DNA from: Candidatus Cloacimonadota bacterium
Lineage (GTDB): Bacteria > Cloacimonadota > Cloacimonadia > Cloacimonadales > TCS61
DNA: 64,000 nucleotides
Reading direction: 5' to 3'
Assembly (NCBI GenBank): GCA_021157525.1
Contig: JAGGWK010000037.1
Span: 34,867-98,866 of the forward strand
The notes under the pieces were generated by a model that worked only from the letters and a program-made list of their open reading frames with translations, had not been told where the DNA came from and ran no database searches. A program made the translations under genes and the position numbers. Of the stretch, positions 9,116-18,481 are shown piece by piece. Numbering within the stretch: position 1 is the stretch's first letter; each line of letters begins with the position of its first letter.

Positions 9116-9192
9116 TGGCGGGAGTGACGGGACTCGAACTCGCGACCTTCTGCGTGACAGGCAGACGTTCTAACCAACTGAACTACACCCCC
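9116..9192 (-). tRNA. tRNA-Asp (anticodon GTC), CCA encoded
   Basis: Hand-folded 77-nt cloverleaf: GGGGGTG TA GTTC AGTTGGTTA GAAC G TCTGC CTGTCAC GCAGA AGGTC GCGAG TTCGAGT CCCGT CACTCCC G CCA. All stems pair except an A52-C62 mismatch in the T-stem. Confidence 0.9.
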
Positions 9193-9373
9193 GTGTTTCA
9201 AAACCACTCTATTCACAAGACGAAGCACTTTTTAAGGCCCCCCTTTTTTTTGTCAAAACATTTTTCTTCCCTGTCCTTACTTTTTTCCTGAGCTTCAACA
9301 CAAATTGGAGGATTTGCTTTACAATATGTTTATAGTACAAGATTTTGCGCCAAAATAGATAAACGAGGTCATT

Positions 9374-10255
9374 GTGAAAGATAGAGTTATTCGAGGACTC
9401 AGTGCAGGTTCCTTTGTTCGTTTTTTTGCTGTAGATGTAACAGAAACCTGTAAAACAGCACAGAAAATACACAAACTTACGCCCACCGCTTCTATTGTGC
9501 TGGGGCGGCTACTGGCCGCAGGCTCCATTATGGCAGCAGATTTAAAATCCTCTCAAGACATCCTTACACTTAAAATAAACGGAGATGGCCCTATCGGCAG
9601 TGTCCTTGTTACTGCCCGGGGAAATGGTGCGATAAAGGGCTATGTCCAACATCCCGAGGTGGATCTATTTAATAGTCAGCTGGGATATCATGACATTCCT
9701 GCTGCATTAGGAAACGGGGTACTTACCATCATCAAAGATATGGGGCTGAAGGAGCCCTATGTTGGTCAGGTGGAGCTGCGTTACGGCGAGATAGCTCAGG
9801 ATCTGGCGTACTACTACGTACAATCTGAGCAAATTCCCACCTCTGTTGGCCTGGGAGTTTTGCTGGATGGAAAAGGTCTGGTGCGCCGTGCTGGCGGGTT
9901 TATGGTTCAGCTCATGCCTAACACTCCTCCGGAAGTGATAGACGGCATTGAGGCAAATCTTCATTCATTTCCCAATTTTACCGACATGATGGATTTGGGC
10001 CACGAGATCGAAACCCTCATCCGGGACTTCATCCTCAAATCCTTTTCGCCCCGCATTCTGGATACGAAACCCCTGGAATATCGCTGCGATTGTTCCCGGG
10101 ACAAATTCCTCAGCGGCATCAAGCTTTTGGGGAAGGATGAGCTTTCTCAGGCCATCAAAGACAATGAAACCATCACGGTGAACTGCCACTTTTGTAACAC
10201 ATCCTACCACTTTGAACCCAAGGAGATTAAGAAACTCATCGAGGAATTGCAATGA
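9374..10255 (+). CDS. hslO: Redox-regulated chaperone Hsp33
   Basis: C-terminal zinc centre CDCSRDKF...CHFCNTSY and an Hsp33-like N-domain. GTG start. Confidence 0.88.
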   Translation: MKDRVIRGLSAGSFVRFFAVDVTETCKTAQKIHKLTPTASIVLGRLLAAGSIMAADLKSSQDILTLKINGDGPIGSVLVTARGNGAIKGYVQHPEVDLFNSQLGYHDIPAALGNGVLTIIKDMGLKEPYVGQVELRYGEIAQDLAYYYVQSEQIPTSVGLGVLLDGKGLVRRAGGFMVQLMPNTPPEVIDGIEANLHSFPNFTDMMDLGHEIETLIRDFILKSFSPRILDTKPLEYRCDCSRDKFLSGIKLLGKDELSQAIKDNETITVNCHFCNTSYHFEPKEIKKLIEELQ

Positions 10256-11067
10256 TCCAAAATACTTCGAGGCAAAAACCCGGAACATTTCATCATAAAA
10301 AAAGTCTGGGCCAGCATTTCCTGAAGGATACTAACATTGTGCGTAAAATCGTGAGCCTGGCGAACATTGCCGATGCTGAAAAAGTGTGGGAAATCGGCCC
10401 GGGAAAGGGCATTCTCACCGCCGAGCTGCTGGCAGCCGGTGCATCCCTCACCTGCTTTGAAATCGATGACACTCTCTATCCTCACCTGGATGCAACTTTT
10501 GAAAACACCATTAAGTTGATAAAGCAGGATGTTCTGAAAGCTGATTGGGAAGCCCTTTTTCCCGATGGCCCGGTGAAGATTGTGGCGAACTTGCCCTATC
10601 AAATCACATCCCCATTCCTCTTTCGAGTGGCAAAATATGCCTTACACTTTTCCGCTGTGGTGGTGATGATCCAAAAAGAAGTGGCTCAGCGCATTACTGC
10701 ATCCTGTGGCACAAAAGAATACAGCACACTGTCATTAAAGATGCAATATTATTTCGACGTTACCTACGGCTTCACGGTGAAACCAAACGTCTTTGTCCCG
10801 CCGCCAAAGGTCGATTCCGCTGTCATCCTGCTTTCTCCCCGGAAAAATCGCCCACCTCTGGCAGATGAAGCCCTCTTTTGGCGCATCGTTGAAACCGCCT
10901 TTGGTAATCGCCGCAAAATGTTACGGCGAAATCTGCGGGCTTTGGTGACAAAGGAACAATTGGAGGTAGTGCAGCAGATATCCGGGATTGATCTCTGCAG
11001 ACGAGGAGAAACCCTTTCAGAAGCAGAATTCATCCAGCTGATGGACGCCGTGCTGGGTCAGAGATAA
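10252..11067 (+). CDS. rsmA: 16S rRNA (adenine1518/1519-N6)-dimethyltransferase
   Basis: KKSLGQHFLKD and EIGPGKGILT motifs of KsgA/RsmA. ATGA overlap with hslO. Confidence 0.92.
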   Translation: MIQNTSRQKPGTFHHKKSLGQHFLKDTNIVRKIVSLANIADAEKVWEIGPGKGILTAELLAAGASLTCFEIDDTLYPHLDATFENTIKLIKQDVLKADWEALFPDGPVKIVANLPYQITSPFLFRVAKYALHFSAVVVMIQKEVAQRITASCGTKEYSTLSLKMQYYFDVTYGFTVKPNVFVPPPKVDSAVILLSPRKNRPPLADEALFWRIVETAFGNRRKMLRRNLRALVTKEQLEVVQQISGIDLCRRGETLSEAEFIQLMDAVLGQR

Positions 11068-11170
11068 ACAGCTCCAGCTCAGTGACCTTGTCACGGTTTT
11101 ACTGTTGACATCCATCTCTGAAAAAATAAAGTGAAAAACATAGAAAATTTCTCATAATAAGGAGTGATAG

Positions 11171-12604
11171 ATGAAAAACCAGATCCGAGTGCGATTTGCT
11201 CCCAGCCCCACCGGCTACTTGCACGTAGGTGGCTTGCGCACTGCACTTTACGATTATCTTTACGCCAGAAAAACCAATGGTAAATTTATCCTGCGGATAG
11301 AAGATACCGACCGCACCCGCTATGTGGAAGGTGCTGTGGAAAACCTTATAAAATCCCTGAACGAAGTAGGACTGGATTATGATGAAGGCCCCGAAGTCGG
11401 CGGCGAATTTGGTCCCTATTTCCAGTCAGAACGCACCGAGCTCTACCAGCGCTACGCCCGGGAACTGGTAGAAAAAGGCGCTGCCTATCCCTGCTTTTGC
11501 ACAACGGAAGATCTGGAAAAAATGCGTGAAGAACAAAAAGCTGCTGGCACGGGCATAGGCTATGATGGCCGTTGCCGACACATCGATCCTGCCGAAGCAC
11601 AACGGCGAATTGCTGCTGGCGAACCCCACGTGATTCGTCTGAAAGTGCCCATGAAGGGAGAAGTTGTCTTTTATGATGTGGTACGGGGTCGCGTGGCATT
11701 TCAGTGGGACACGGTTGATGATCAGGTGCTGATAAAATCCGATGGTTATCCCACCTACCATCTGGCCAATGTGGTGGATGACCATCATATGGAAGTGAGT
11801 CACGTGATTCGTGGAGAAGAGTGGCTTTCCAGCACACCAAAGCACCTTTTTATGTATCAGCAATTTGGATGGAAACCGCCGAAATGGGTTCACTTACCTC
11901 TTATCCTCAATCCCGATCGCTCGAAACTGAGCAAGCGGCAGGGGGATGTAGCTACGGAAGATTTTTTGAGAAAAGGCTATTTGCCCGAAGCCCTCCTCAA
12001 TTTTATCGCCCTTCTGGGCTGGCATGACAGCGGCGATCGCGAGCTCTTTACATTAGACGAACTGGTTCGTGCTTTTTCCTTCAAACGCATCAGCAAAGCA
12101 GGTGCCGTCTTCGATCTGGAAAAGCTCAATTGGATGAATCAGCATTATATGAAAACCCTGGATCTCGGTTATATTGTCATCAAGGCGCTGCCCTTTTTTC
12201 AGGATGCAGGTCTGCCTGTGGATGATATGGAACAGCTACGCCTTATCATAGATTTCAGTCGTGAACGGGTACACACCCTTCAGGAATTGGCAGAATTCAG
12301 TAAGGTGTTTTTCACTACGCCAATATTGGATGCGGAAAAATCTGTCTTCGCAACACAAGATGCTGCTCAGAAAATATTTGCCTTTTGGGCAGAGCAGATT
12401 CCATCCCTGGATTGCAATGACGATGCAGCAATAAACGCACTGATAAAAGAGACGACGAAAGTCTGTGGAGTGAAAGGAAAAGAGCTTTATTTCCCCCTGC
12501 GTCTGGCACTCTTCGGGGATTATCATGGTCCTGAAGTGGCTGCTCTTCTGCGGATTATTGGCAAAGAAGAAGCCCAAAAACGCTTTGCAGGATTGCTTCT
12601 ATGA
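11171..12604 (+). CDS. gltX: Glutamyl-tRNA synthetase
   Basis: Class I HIGH (PSPTGYLHVGG) and KMSKS-type (KLSKRQ) motifs with GluRS-type overall sequence. AAGGAG RBS. Confidence 0.93.
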   Translation: MKNQIRVRFAPSPTGYLHVGGLRTALYDYLYARKTNGKFILRIEDTDRTRYVEGAVENLIKSLNEVGLDYDEGPEVGGEFGPYFQSERTELYQRYARELVEKGAAYPCFCTTEDLEKMREEQKAAGTGIGYDGRCRHIDPAEAQRRIAAGEPHVIRLKVPMKGEVVFYDVVRGRVAFQWDTVDDQVLIKSDGYPTYHLANVVDDHHMEVSHVIRGEEWLSSTPKHLFMYQQFGWKPPKWVHLPLILNPDRSKLSKRQGDVATEDFLRKGYLPEALLNFIALLGWHDSGDRELFTLDELVRAFSFKRISKAGAVFDLEKLNWMNQHYMKTLDLGYIVIKALPFFQDAGLPVDDMEQLRLIIDFSRERVHTLQELAEFSKVFFTTPILDAEKSVFATQDAAQKIFAFWAEQIPSLDCNDDAAINALIKETTKVCGVKGKELYFPLRLALFGDYHGPEVAALLRIIGKEEAQKRFAGLLL

Positions 12605-13170
12605 CCTACTTTAAAAAGCTGGTGGGGGAGAAGGTTTATCTTTCACCCGTCACTTCCCGGGATGCAACTCTCTATTGCCAATGGTTGAACAATCTGGAAG
12701 TGGCCCGGAACCTTGTCATCTTCAATAAGCAAATCACCGAAGAATGGGAACGGATGATTTTGGATGATATCCAGAAAAATGGCGGCCAGATGTTCGCCAT
12801 CATCGACAGAACAAGGGAAAAACTCATTGGTAATTGCAGCCTTTTCAGGATAAACAAAGATCATCGGAAATGCGAGATCGGCATCTTCATCGGTGAGCCG
12901 GAAAATTGGGGAAAGGGCTACGGAACCGAAGCGATGAAACTCCTTGTTGATTATGGCTTTAATATATTGAACATGCACAACATTCTGCTGGAAGTTCACA
13001 GCTTTAATCAGCGGGCAATTTCCTGCTACAAAAAAGTGGGTTTCAGAGAAATCGGCCGCCGACGGGAAGCCCTGTTTTTTGCCGGTCGCTCATGGGATGA
13101 AATTCTTATGGATATCATCGCTACCGAATTCGAAAGCCCCTACATCAACCAGTTTTTTCCGGATGCCTGA
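12601..13170 (+). CDS. GNAT family N-acetyltransferase (RimJ/RimL-like)
   Basis: Acetyl-CoA binding block WGKGYGTEAMKLLVDYGF and a GNAT fold pattern. ATGA overlap with gltX. Confidence 0.75.
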   Translation: MTYFKKLVGEKVYLSPVTSRDATLYCQWLNNLEVARNLVIFNKQITEEWERMILDDIQKNGGQMFAIIDRTREKLIGNCSLFRINKDHRKCEIGIFIGEPENWGKGYGTEAMKLLVDYGFNILNMHNILLEVHSFNQRAISCYKKVGFREIGRRREALFFAGRSWDEILMDIIATEFESPYINQFFPDA

Positions 13171-14291
13171 TGTTTCGTGCAATAAAGGGCCAAGATAAAA
13201 CCATCGACATTCTGAGCCGGGCGGTGCGGGAAGACAAAGTGGCTCAGAGCTATCTTTTTTATGGTCCGGATGGCGTGGGAAAATTCACCACAGCCCTCTA
13301 TTTCGGGATGGCGATAAACTGTGTTGCATCCCTGGAAAAGCGCCCCTGCGGTGTATGTGCATCCTGTAAAAAATTCCTGAGCTTTACCCATCCTGATTTT
13401 ATTTACATCTTTCCTACCCCAAACCTGGAGATGTCTTTGGAAGGAGAGATAAAATCGGAAAAATACCTTCAGGAGTACAAAGCCTTTATCGCCCAAAAAG
13501 CAGAGCATCCATGGAAACAGTTTTTCTTTTCCTCAAATACCGAGATTCGCATCGGGACTATCCGCATGCTGCAACATCGCATCAATTTGTCGCCAAATGA
13601 AGGGAATCGGAAAATCTACATTATCGAGAATGCCGACCAGATGAATGTGAAGACGGCCAACGCCTTTTTGAAGACCCTGGAAGAGCCACCAAATGATACG
13701 GTGATTATCCTCACAACCACGCGTCCAAATGCGCTGCTACCCACTATTTTATCTCGATGCCAAAAGCTGGCTTTCGGCGCACTTCCCCGCAACATCATCG
13801 AGGAGGAACTCACCGCTAAGCGCTCCTTGAGTGTGATTGAGGCAAAAACCTATGCCCGCATAGCCAATGGCAGCCTGGAAAAGGCGCTCCAGCTTTCCGA
13901 CTCAGGCTCTACCATCGCCAGGAAAGAGGCACTGCGCTTTCTTACCATGATCCTTGAAAAGGATGATTTTGCCGCCATCGACTTTGCAACTCATTACAAA
14001 TCATCAAAAACCCAGAGTCAGCTGATCGATATCATTGCCTACCTCATCGTGTGGGTGAGTGATCTGTCAAATCTGCAAAATCTGCCCGATGATATCGTGA
14101 ATCTGGATTGCACAGATATGCTGGAATCCTTTTACCAACGGAACCCGCAAGTAAACGACTACGGGCTGAAGCTCCTGAGCTTCCTGGAAAAAATGATAAA
14201 AAAGATTGAAGGACATGTAAACCCTCAATTGATTGTTACCGAAATATATTTTAGATTTTGTGCTGTTTTTGTGCACCATAAGGAGAATTAG
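13170..14291 (+). CDS. holB: DNA polymerase III delta-prime subunit
   Basis: AAA+-like YLFYGPDGVGKFT, zinc module CGVCASCKKF, and the SRC motif (LSRCQKL). Confidence 0.85.
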   Translation: MFRAIKGQDKTIDILSRAVREDKVAQSYLFYGPDGVGKFTTALYFGMAINCVASLEKRPCGVCASCKKFLSFTHPDFIYIFPTPNLEMSLEGEIKSEKYLQEYKAFIAQKAEHPWKQFFFSSNTEIRIGTIRMLQHRINLSPNEGNRKIYIIENADQMNVKTANAFLKTLEEPPNDTVIILTTTRPNALLPTILSRCQKLAFGALPRNIIEEELTAKRSLSVIEAKTYARIANGSLEKALQLSDSGSTIARKEALRFLTMILEKDDFAAIDFATHYKSSKTQSQLIDIIAYLIVWVSDLSNLQNLPDDIVNLDCTDMLESFYQRNPQVNDYGLKLLSFLEKMIKKIEGHVNPQLIVTEIYFRFCAVFVHHKEN

Positions 14292-15983
14292 ATGAGTACT
14301 AACGAACCAAATACAGAACTGAGAAGACATTTTATCCGAGACATCATAGAAGCCGACATAGCTACCGGAACCTTCGGCGGAAAAGTGGTAACCCGCTTCC
14401 CACCGGAACCTAACGGTTTTTTGCACATCGGCCACGCCAAAGCCTTTTGCCTGAGCTACGGCCTGGCTGAAGATTATCATGGCGTGTATAATTTGCGCTT
14501 TGACGACACCAACCCCGTTAAGGAAGATCCCCGCTTTGTGGAAGCCATTAAGAAAGATATTAAGTGGTTGGGATTTGATTGGGAAGATCGTGAATATTAT
14601 GCTTCGGACTATTTTGAGCAGATGTATGGCTATGCCGTGGAACTGATAAAAAAGGATAAAGCCTTTGTGGATAGCCAAACATTAGATGAGATTCGGAAAA
14701 ACCGTGGCACTATCAAATCACCTGGAACCAACAGTCCATACCGCACCCGAAGCATCCAGGAGAATCTCGACCTTTTTGCCAGGATGCGTGCCGGTGAATT
14801 TGAAGACGGTGCCCTGGTTCTCCGTGCCAAGATAGATATGGCATCACCAAATATGCTGATGCGCGACCCCATCATGTATCGCATCCGTCATGCCCGGCAT
14901 CACCGCACGGGAGACTCTTGGTGCATCTACCCGATGTACGATTATGCTCACTGTTTGGAAGATTCTATCGAAGGCATCACACACTCCCTCTGCTCACTGG
15001 AATTTGAAGCCCACCGTCCATTGTACGATTGGTATCTGGAACAGCTGAACATCCACCATTCCAAGCAGATCGAATTTGCCCGCCTGAACATCACCCACAC
15101 GGTATTGAGCAAACGAAAAGTAGAAACCCTGGTGTCTGCCGGCGTGGTAGAAGGCTGGGACGATCCTCGCCTCCTTACCCTTTCCGGTTTGCGGCGACGT
15201 GGCTATACACCACAATCCATCCGCAATTTCATCGATCGCATCGGTGTGGCAAAATCACTGAGTACCGTGGACTTCGCTCTCCTCGAGCACACCGTTCGGG
15301 AAGACCTCAATAAACGCTCTAACCGCGTGATGGCGGTGCTAAATCCCGTTAAGGTGATTATCGATAACTATCCAGCCGATCAGACGGAAGAGATGCAAGC
15401 CATCAATAATCCCGAAAATCCCGAAGCCGGAACCCGACTCGTACCCTTCTCCCGCGAACTTTTCATCGAGCGGGATGACTTTATGGAAGAGCCGCCCAAG
15501 AAATTTTATCGCCTTGCTCCCGGCCGGGAAGTGCGGTTGCGCTACGCCTATTTCATTACCTGCACCCACGTAGTCAAGGATGCATCCGGCACAATCACCG
15601 AGATTCATTGTACCTACGACCCCGCCACCAAAGGTGGCAATGCGCCTGATGGTCGCAAAGTAAAAGCCACCATGCACTGGGTTTCTGCTGCCCATGCGTA
15701 CGATGCAGAAGTACGGCTGTATGACAAGCTGCTCACTGTAGAATCTACCGACGAAGTGGCAGAGGGTAAAACCTTTATGGACTATATCAATCCCAATTCT
15801 CTGGAGATTCGCAGTCACTGCAAGCTTGAGCCATCCCTGGCAAAGGCAGCTGCCGGAGATCGCTTCCAGTTTGAACGGTTGGGCTATTTCTCTGTTGACC
15901 CGGTTTACTCAACTCCCGGCAGACCCGTGTTTAATCGCACTGCCACCCTGCGGGACGAATGGGCAAAACTGAGGAAAAAATAG
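14292..15983 (+). CDS. glnS: Glutaminyl-tRNA synthetase
   Basis: [18 protein letters not shown] (HIGH) and VLSKRK (KMSKS). GlnRS-type C-terminal beta-barrel region. Confidence 0.93.
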   Translation: MSTNEPNTELRRHFIRDIIEADIATGTFGGKVVTRFPPEPNGFLHIGHAKAFCLSYGLAEDYHGVYNLRFDDTNPVKEDPRFVEAIKKDIKWLGFDWEDREYYASDYFEQMYGYAVELIKKDKAFVDSQTLDEIRKNRGTIKSPGTNSPYRTRSIQENLDLFARMRAGEFEDGALVLRAKIDMASPNMLMRDPIMYRIRHARHHRTGDSWCIYPMYDYAHCLEDSIEGITHSLCSLEFEAHRPLYDWYLEQLNIHHSKQIEFARLNITHTVLSKRKVETLVSAGVVEGWDDPRLLTLSGLRRRGYTPQSIRNFIDRIGVAKSLSTVDFALLEHTVREDLNKRSNRVMAVLNPVKVIIDNYPADQTEEMQAINNPENPEAGTRLVPFSRELFIERDDFMEEPPKKFYRLAPGREVRLRYAYFITCTHVVKDASGTITEIHCTYDPATKGGNAPDGRKVKATMHWVSAAHAYDAEVRLYDKLLTVESTDEVAEGKTFMDYINPNSLEIRSHCKLEPSLAKAAAGDRFQFERLGYFSVDPVYSTPGRPVFNRTATLRDEWAKLRKK

Positions 15984-15985
15984 CG

Positions 15986-16672
15986 ATGAAACCTGTGATA
16001 GCCATAGTGGATGACGAGCCGGACATCCTGCAATTAGTCTCTCTTACCTTGGCAAAAGCGGGATTTGATACCCTGATGTTTGAAGATGCTGCCGGACTGT
16101 TTTCATCTCTGGAAAAGAGCCTGCCGACACTGATTATCCTGGATTTGATGCTCCCTGATGCAGATGGCTTTGACGTGTGCAAAAAGCTGCGAAATGAAGA
16201 ACATTACAAAAATATTCCCATCATCATGCTCACTGCAAAAGGTGATGAAATGGACCGCATCCTGGGACTGGAATTTGGCGCTGACGACTATGTGGTAAAG
16301 CCCTTTTCTACCCGGGAGCTGATAGCCAGGGTGAAAGCTGTTTTACGTCGTAGCAGCCCTGTGCCATCTCAAACTTCAGGATGCGTTGCCCTTGGCAATG
16401 ACCTGCGCATTGATCTGCGGAAATACGAAGTCTTTGTGGAAGAAAAACAAATTTTCCTCACTTCCACCGAATTTAAAATTCTCGATTTATTGAGTAAACG
16501 TCCGGGCTGGGTGTACAGCCGTAATCAGATTTTAGACTATTTATGGGGTAACGACAAAATCGTTCTGGATCGCACAATAGACGTGCATATCAAGAATCTA
16601 CGGGACAAATTGGGCTCTGCCGGTAGGTATGTGAAAAGCATCCGAGGTCTGGGCTACAAACTGGATGCCTGA
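15986..16672 (+). CDS. OmpR/PhoB-family response regulator
   Basis: REC domain (IVDDEPD, LIILDLMLPDADG, acceptor Asp present) plus a winged-helix C-domain (VHIKNLRDKL, GLGYKL). ATG at 15986 falls just after the glnS stop. Confidence 0.88.
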   Translation: MKPVIAIVDDEPDILQLVSLTLAKAGFDTLMFEDAAGLFSSLEKSLPTLIILDLMLPDADGFDVCKKLRNEEHYKNIPIIMLTAKGDEMDRILGLEFGADDYVVKPFSTRELIARVKAVLRRSSPVPSQTSGCVALGNDLRIDLRKYEVFVEEKQIFLTSTEFKILDLLSKRPGWVYSRNQILDYLWGNDKIVLDRTIDVHIKNLRDKLGSAGRYVKSIRGLGYKLDA

Positions 16673-17985
16673 TGATGAAGCGCTTGCTTTCGTGGCTTCT
16701 GCTTCTTATCACAGCCTTTGGTCTGGCGCAATTTCTCATTTTGAAACTATCGCTGTCGAGGGATGCAGAATTCTGGCTATTGTTGCTAATTTACATGGGT
16801 GCAGCCATTGCCAGCTATTATCTCAGTAAACGGTTTTCAGTACCTCTGGAACATCTCGATGATGCGTTAAAACGTCTTGGCAGAGGACATCTTGAAGATA
16901 CACTCCCCCTTCAGAAAGGCATCTATCATGATCTTTGGCGGCACACTTCAGAAGTACAACGGTTACTGCTCAATTATCATACCCTCATCAGCGAGAACAA
17001 AGAAGGATTTCAGGCCATCATCGGCAACATCCACGAAGCACTTTGGATTCAAAATAAAAAAGGGGTCATTAAAAATGCAAACAGGACATTTCTGCGCATT
17101 ATCGGGGTTAATGATATTAAGGATCGCTATTTTTGGAATGTGATTCGAGTAAAAGAGCTCTATGACTTTGTGGACAATGTTTTTAAAAATCCTGGCGACC
17201 ACATCGAAGAAATTTCCTTTAATGATGGATTTTTCATCTGCAGCTCATCCTACACACCTCTCACCGAAGAAATAATCTTCATCCTCTACGACATCAGTGA
17301 AATCCGCCAGCTGGAGATCATGAAAAAAGACTTTGTCCGCAATGTTTCTCACGAATTGCGCACGCCACTCACCGCCATTAAAGGCTATGTGGAGACCCTC
17401 TCCGACGAAGTTGATGCCCAGCAGCAAAGCTATCTGGAAGTGATCAGCCGCAACACCGATCGGCTGATTCATATCGTGAATGATCTTTTGACATTATCGA
17501 AACTGGAGCACGAGAGCCAGTTGCAATATGAAACCATCGACCCTCAGGAATTGGTGGCATCCATTCGTCGTATGTTTGTGCAGAGGCTGGATGCAAAAGG
17601 GCTTAAGCTGCGAGTGGCAATTCCGGCTGATTTCCCCTCTTTCCGCGGTGATCGTTTCAAGCTGGAACAGGTTTTCATCAACTTGATAGATAATGCGGTG
17701 AAATACACTGATTCTGGAGAGATTACCATCGATTTCAGCAGGGGAAAAGTGCTTACACGCATCCAGATAAAAGATACGGGGCAGGGTATCGAAAGCCACC
17801 ATCTTTCCAGGCTGTTTGAGCGCTTTTATGTGGTAGATAAATCTCGTTCCAGAAAACTGGGAGGCACCGGTCTTGGATTGTCTATCGTCAAGCATATCAT
17901 TGGATTGCACCGGGGCACTATAGAGGTGCAGAGCTGTGTAGGTAGAGGAACTCAGTTCACCATTACACTGCCGGATATCTTATGA
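16672..17985 (+). CDS. Sensor histidine kinase (PhoR-like: TM, PAS-like, HisKA, HATPase_c)
   Basis: H-box VSHELRTPLTAIKGY, N-box IDNAVKYT, G-boxes DTGQGI and GGTGLGLSIVK. Start overlaps the regulator's stop. Confidence 0.88.
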   Translation: MMKRLLSWLLLLITAFGLAQFLILKLSLSRDAEFWLLLLIYMGAAIASYYLSKRFSVPLEHLDDALKRLGRGHLEDTLPLQKGIYHDLWRHTSEVQRLLLNYHTLISENKEGFQAIIGNIHEALWIQNKKGVIKNANRTFLRIIGVNDIKDRYFWNVIRVKELYDFVDNVFKNPGDHIEEISFNDGFFICSSSYTPLTEEIIFILYDISEIRQLEIMKKDFVRNVSHELRTPLTAIKGYVETLSDEVDAQQQSYLEVISRNTDRLIHIVNDLLTLSKLEHESQLQYETIDPQELVASIRRMFVQRLDAKGLKLRVAIPADFPSFRGDRFKLEQVFINLIDNAVKYTDSGEITIDFSRGKVLTRIQIKDTGQGIESHHLSRLFERFYVVDKSRSRKLGGTGLGLSIVKHIIGLHRGTIEVQSCVGRGTQFTITLPDIL

Positions 17986-18464
17986 CCATCGAAAATCTCC
18001 TGAATAGCCACATGCCTCTGATAAAAAGCATCGCTGTAAAATATGCCGGATTCGGCGTTCCCCTGGACGACCTGATACAAGAGGGTATGATTGGACTTCT
18101 GGAAGCTCAGCAGCGATTTGACGAATCAAAAGGTGCCAGCTTTGCCACGTATGCCACTTACTGGATAAAAAAGCGCATTCTCCACGCTCTGGATGAAGAT
18201 GGCCATGCTTCTCTGCATTCGGGAGAATTGAAGGAAGACCTTACTGCGGCACCAGCTCTGCCAAAAAGCCAGACAAAGGAGCTTCGACTGCCTGCATCTA
18301 TGCCGGAGACTGAAAAAGAGGTGTTGCAGATGCTCTATATCGAAGAGCTTACGTTGCGGGAAATAGCTGATAAAAAAGGGCTTACCCGAGAGCGAGTGCG
18401 TCAAATCAAAGAGAAAGCACTGCGTCGTTTGCGGGCACAAAAAACGGGGATTTCTCCCCGTTAA
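17982..18464 (+). CDS. Small sigma-70 family sigma factor (regions 2 and 4 only, 160 aa)
   Basis: Region 2 DLIQEGMIGLLEAQQRFDESKGASFATYATYWIKKRI. Region 4.2 HTH LTLREIADKKGLTRERVRQIKEKALRRLR. ATGA overlap with the kinase gene. Confidence 0.8.
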   Translation: MTIENLLNSHMPLIKSIAVKYAGFGVPLDDLIQEGMIGLLEAQQRFDESKGASFATYATYWIKKRILHALDEDGHASLHSGELKEDLTAAPALPKSQTKELRLPASMPETEKEVLQMLYIEELTLREIADKKGLTRERVRQIKEKALRRLRAQKTGISPR

Positions 18465-18481
18465 TCGATCAATAGTATATT

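Noticed and set aside
9022-9192. 62-bp periodic repeat next to tRNA-Asp, considered as a possible small CRISPR-like array.
   Set aside because: There are only two to three units, and the repeat is derived from the tRNA itself. There are no unique spacers of regular length and no cas genes anywhere in the window.
8358-9291. Plus-strand ORFs 8358..8732 and 8941..9291, which share the peptide LFLQITNCEINDIRLSLILKYT.
   Set aside because: The shared peptide is simply the translated 158-bp direct repeat. The second ORF also runs through the tRNA-Asp gene, so neither is credible coding sequence.
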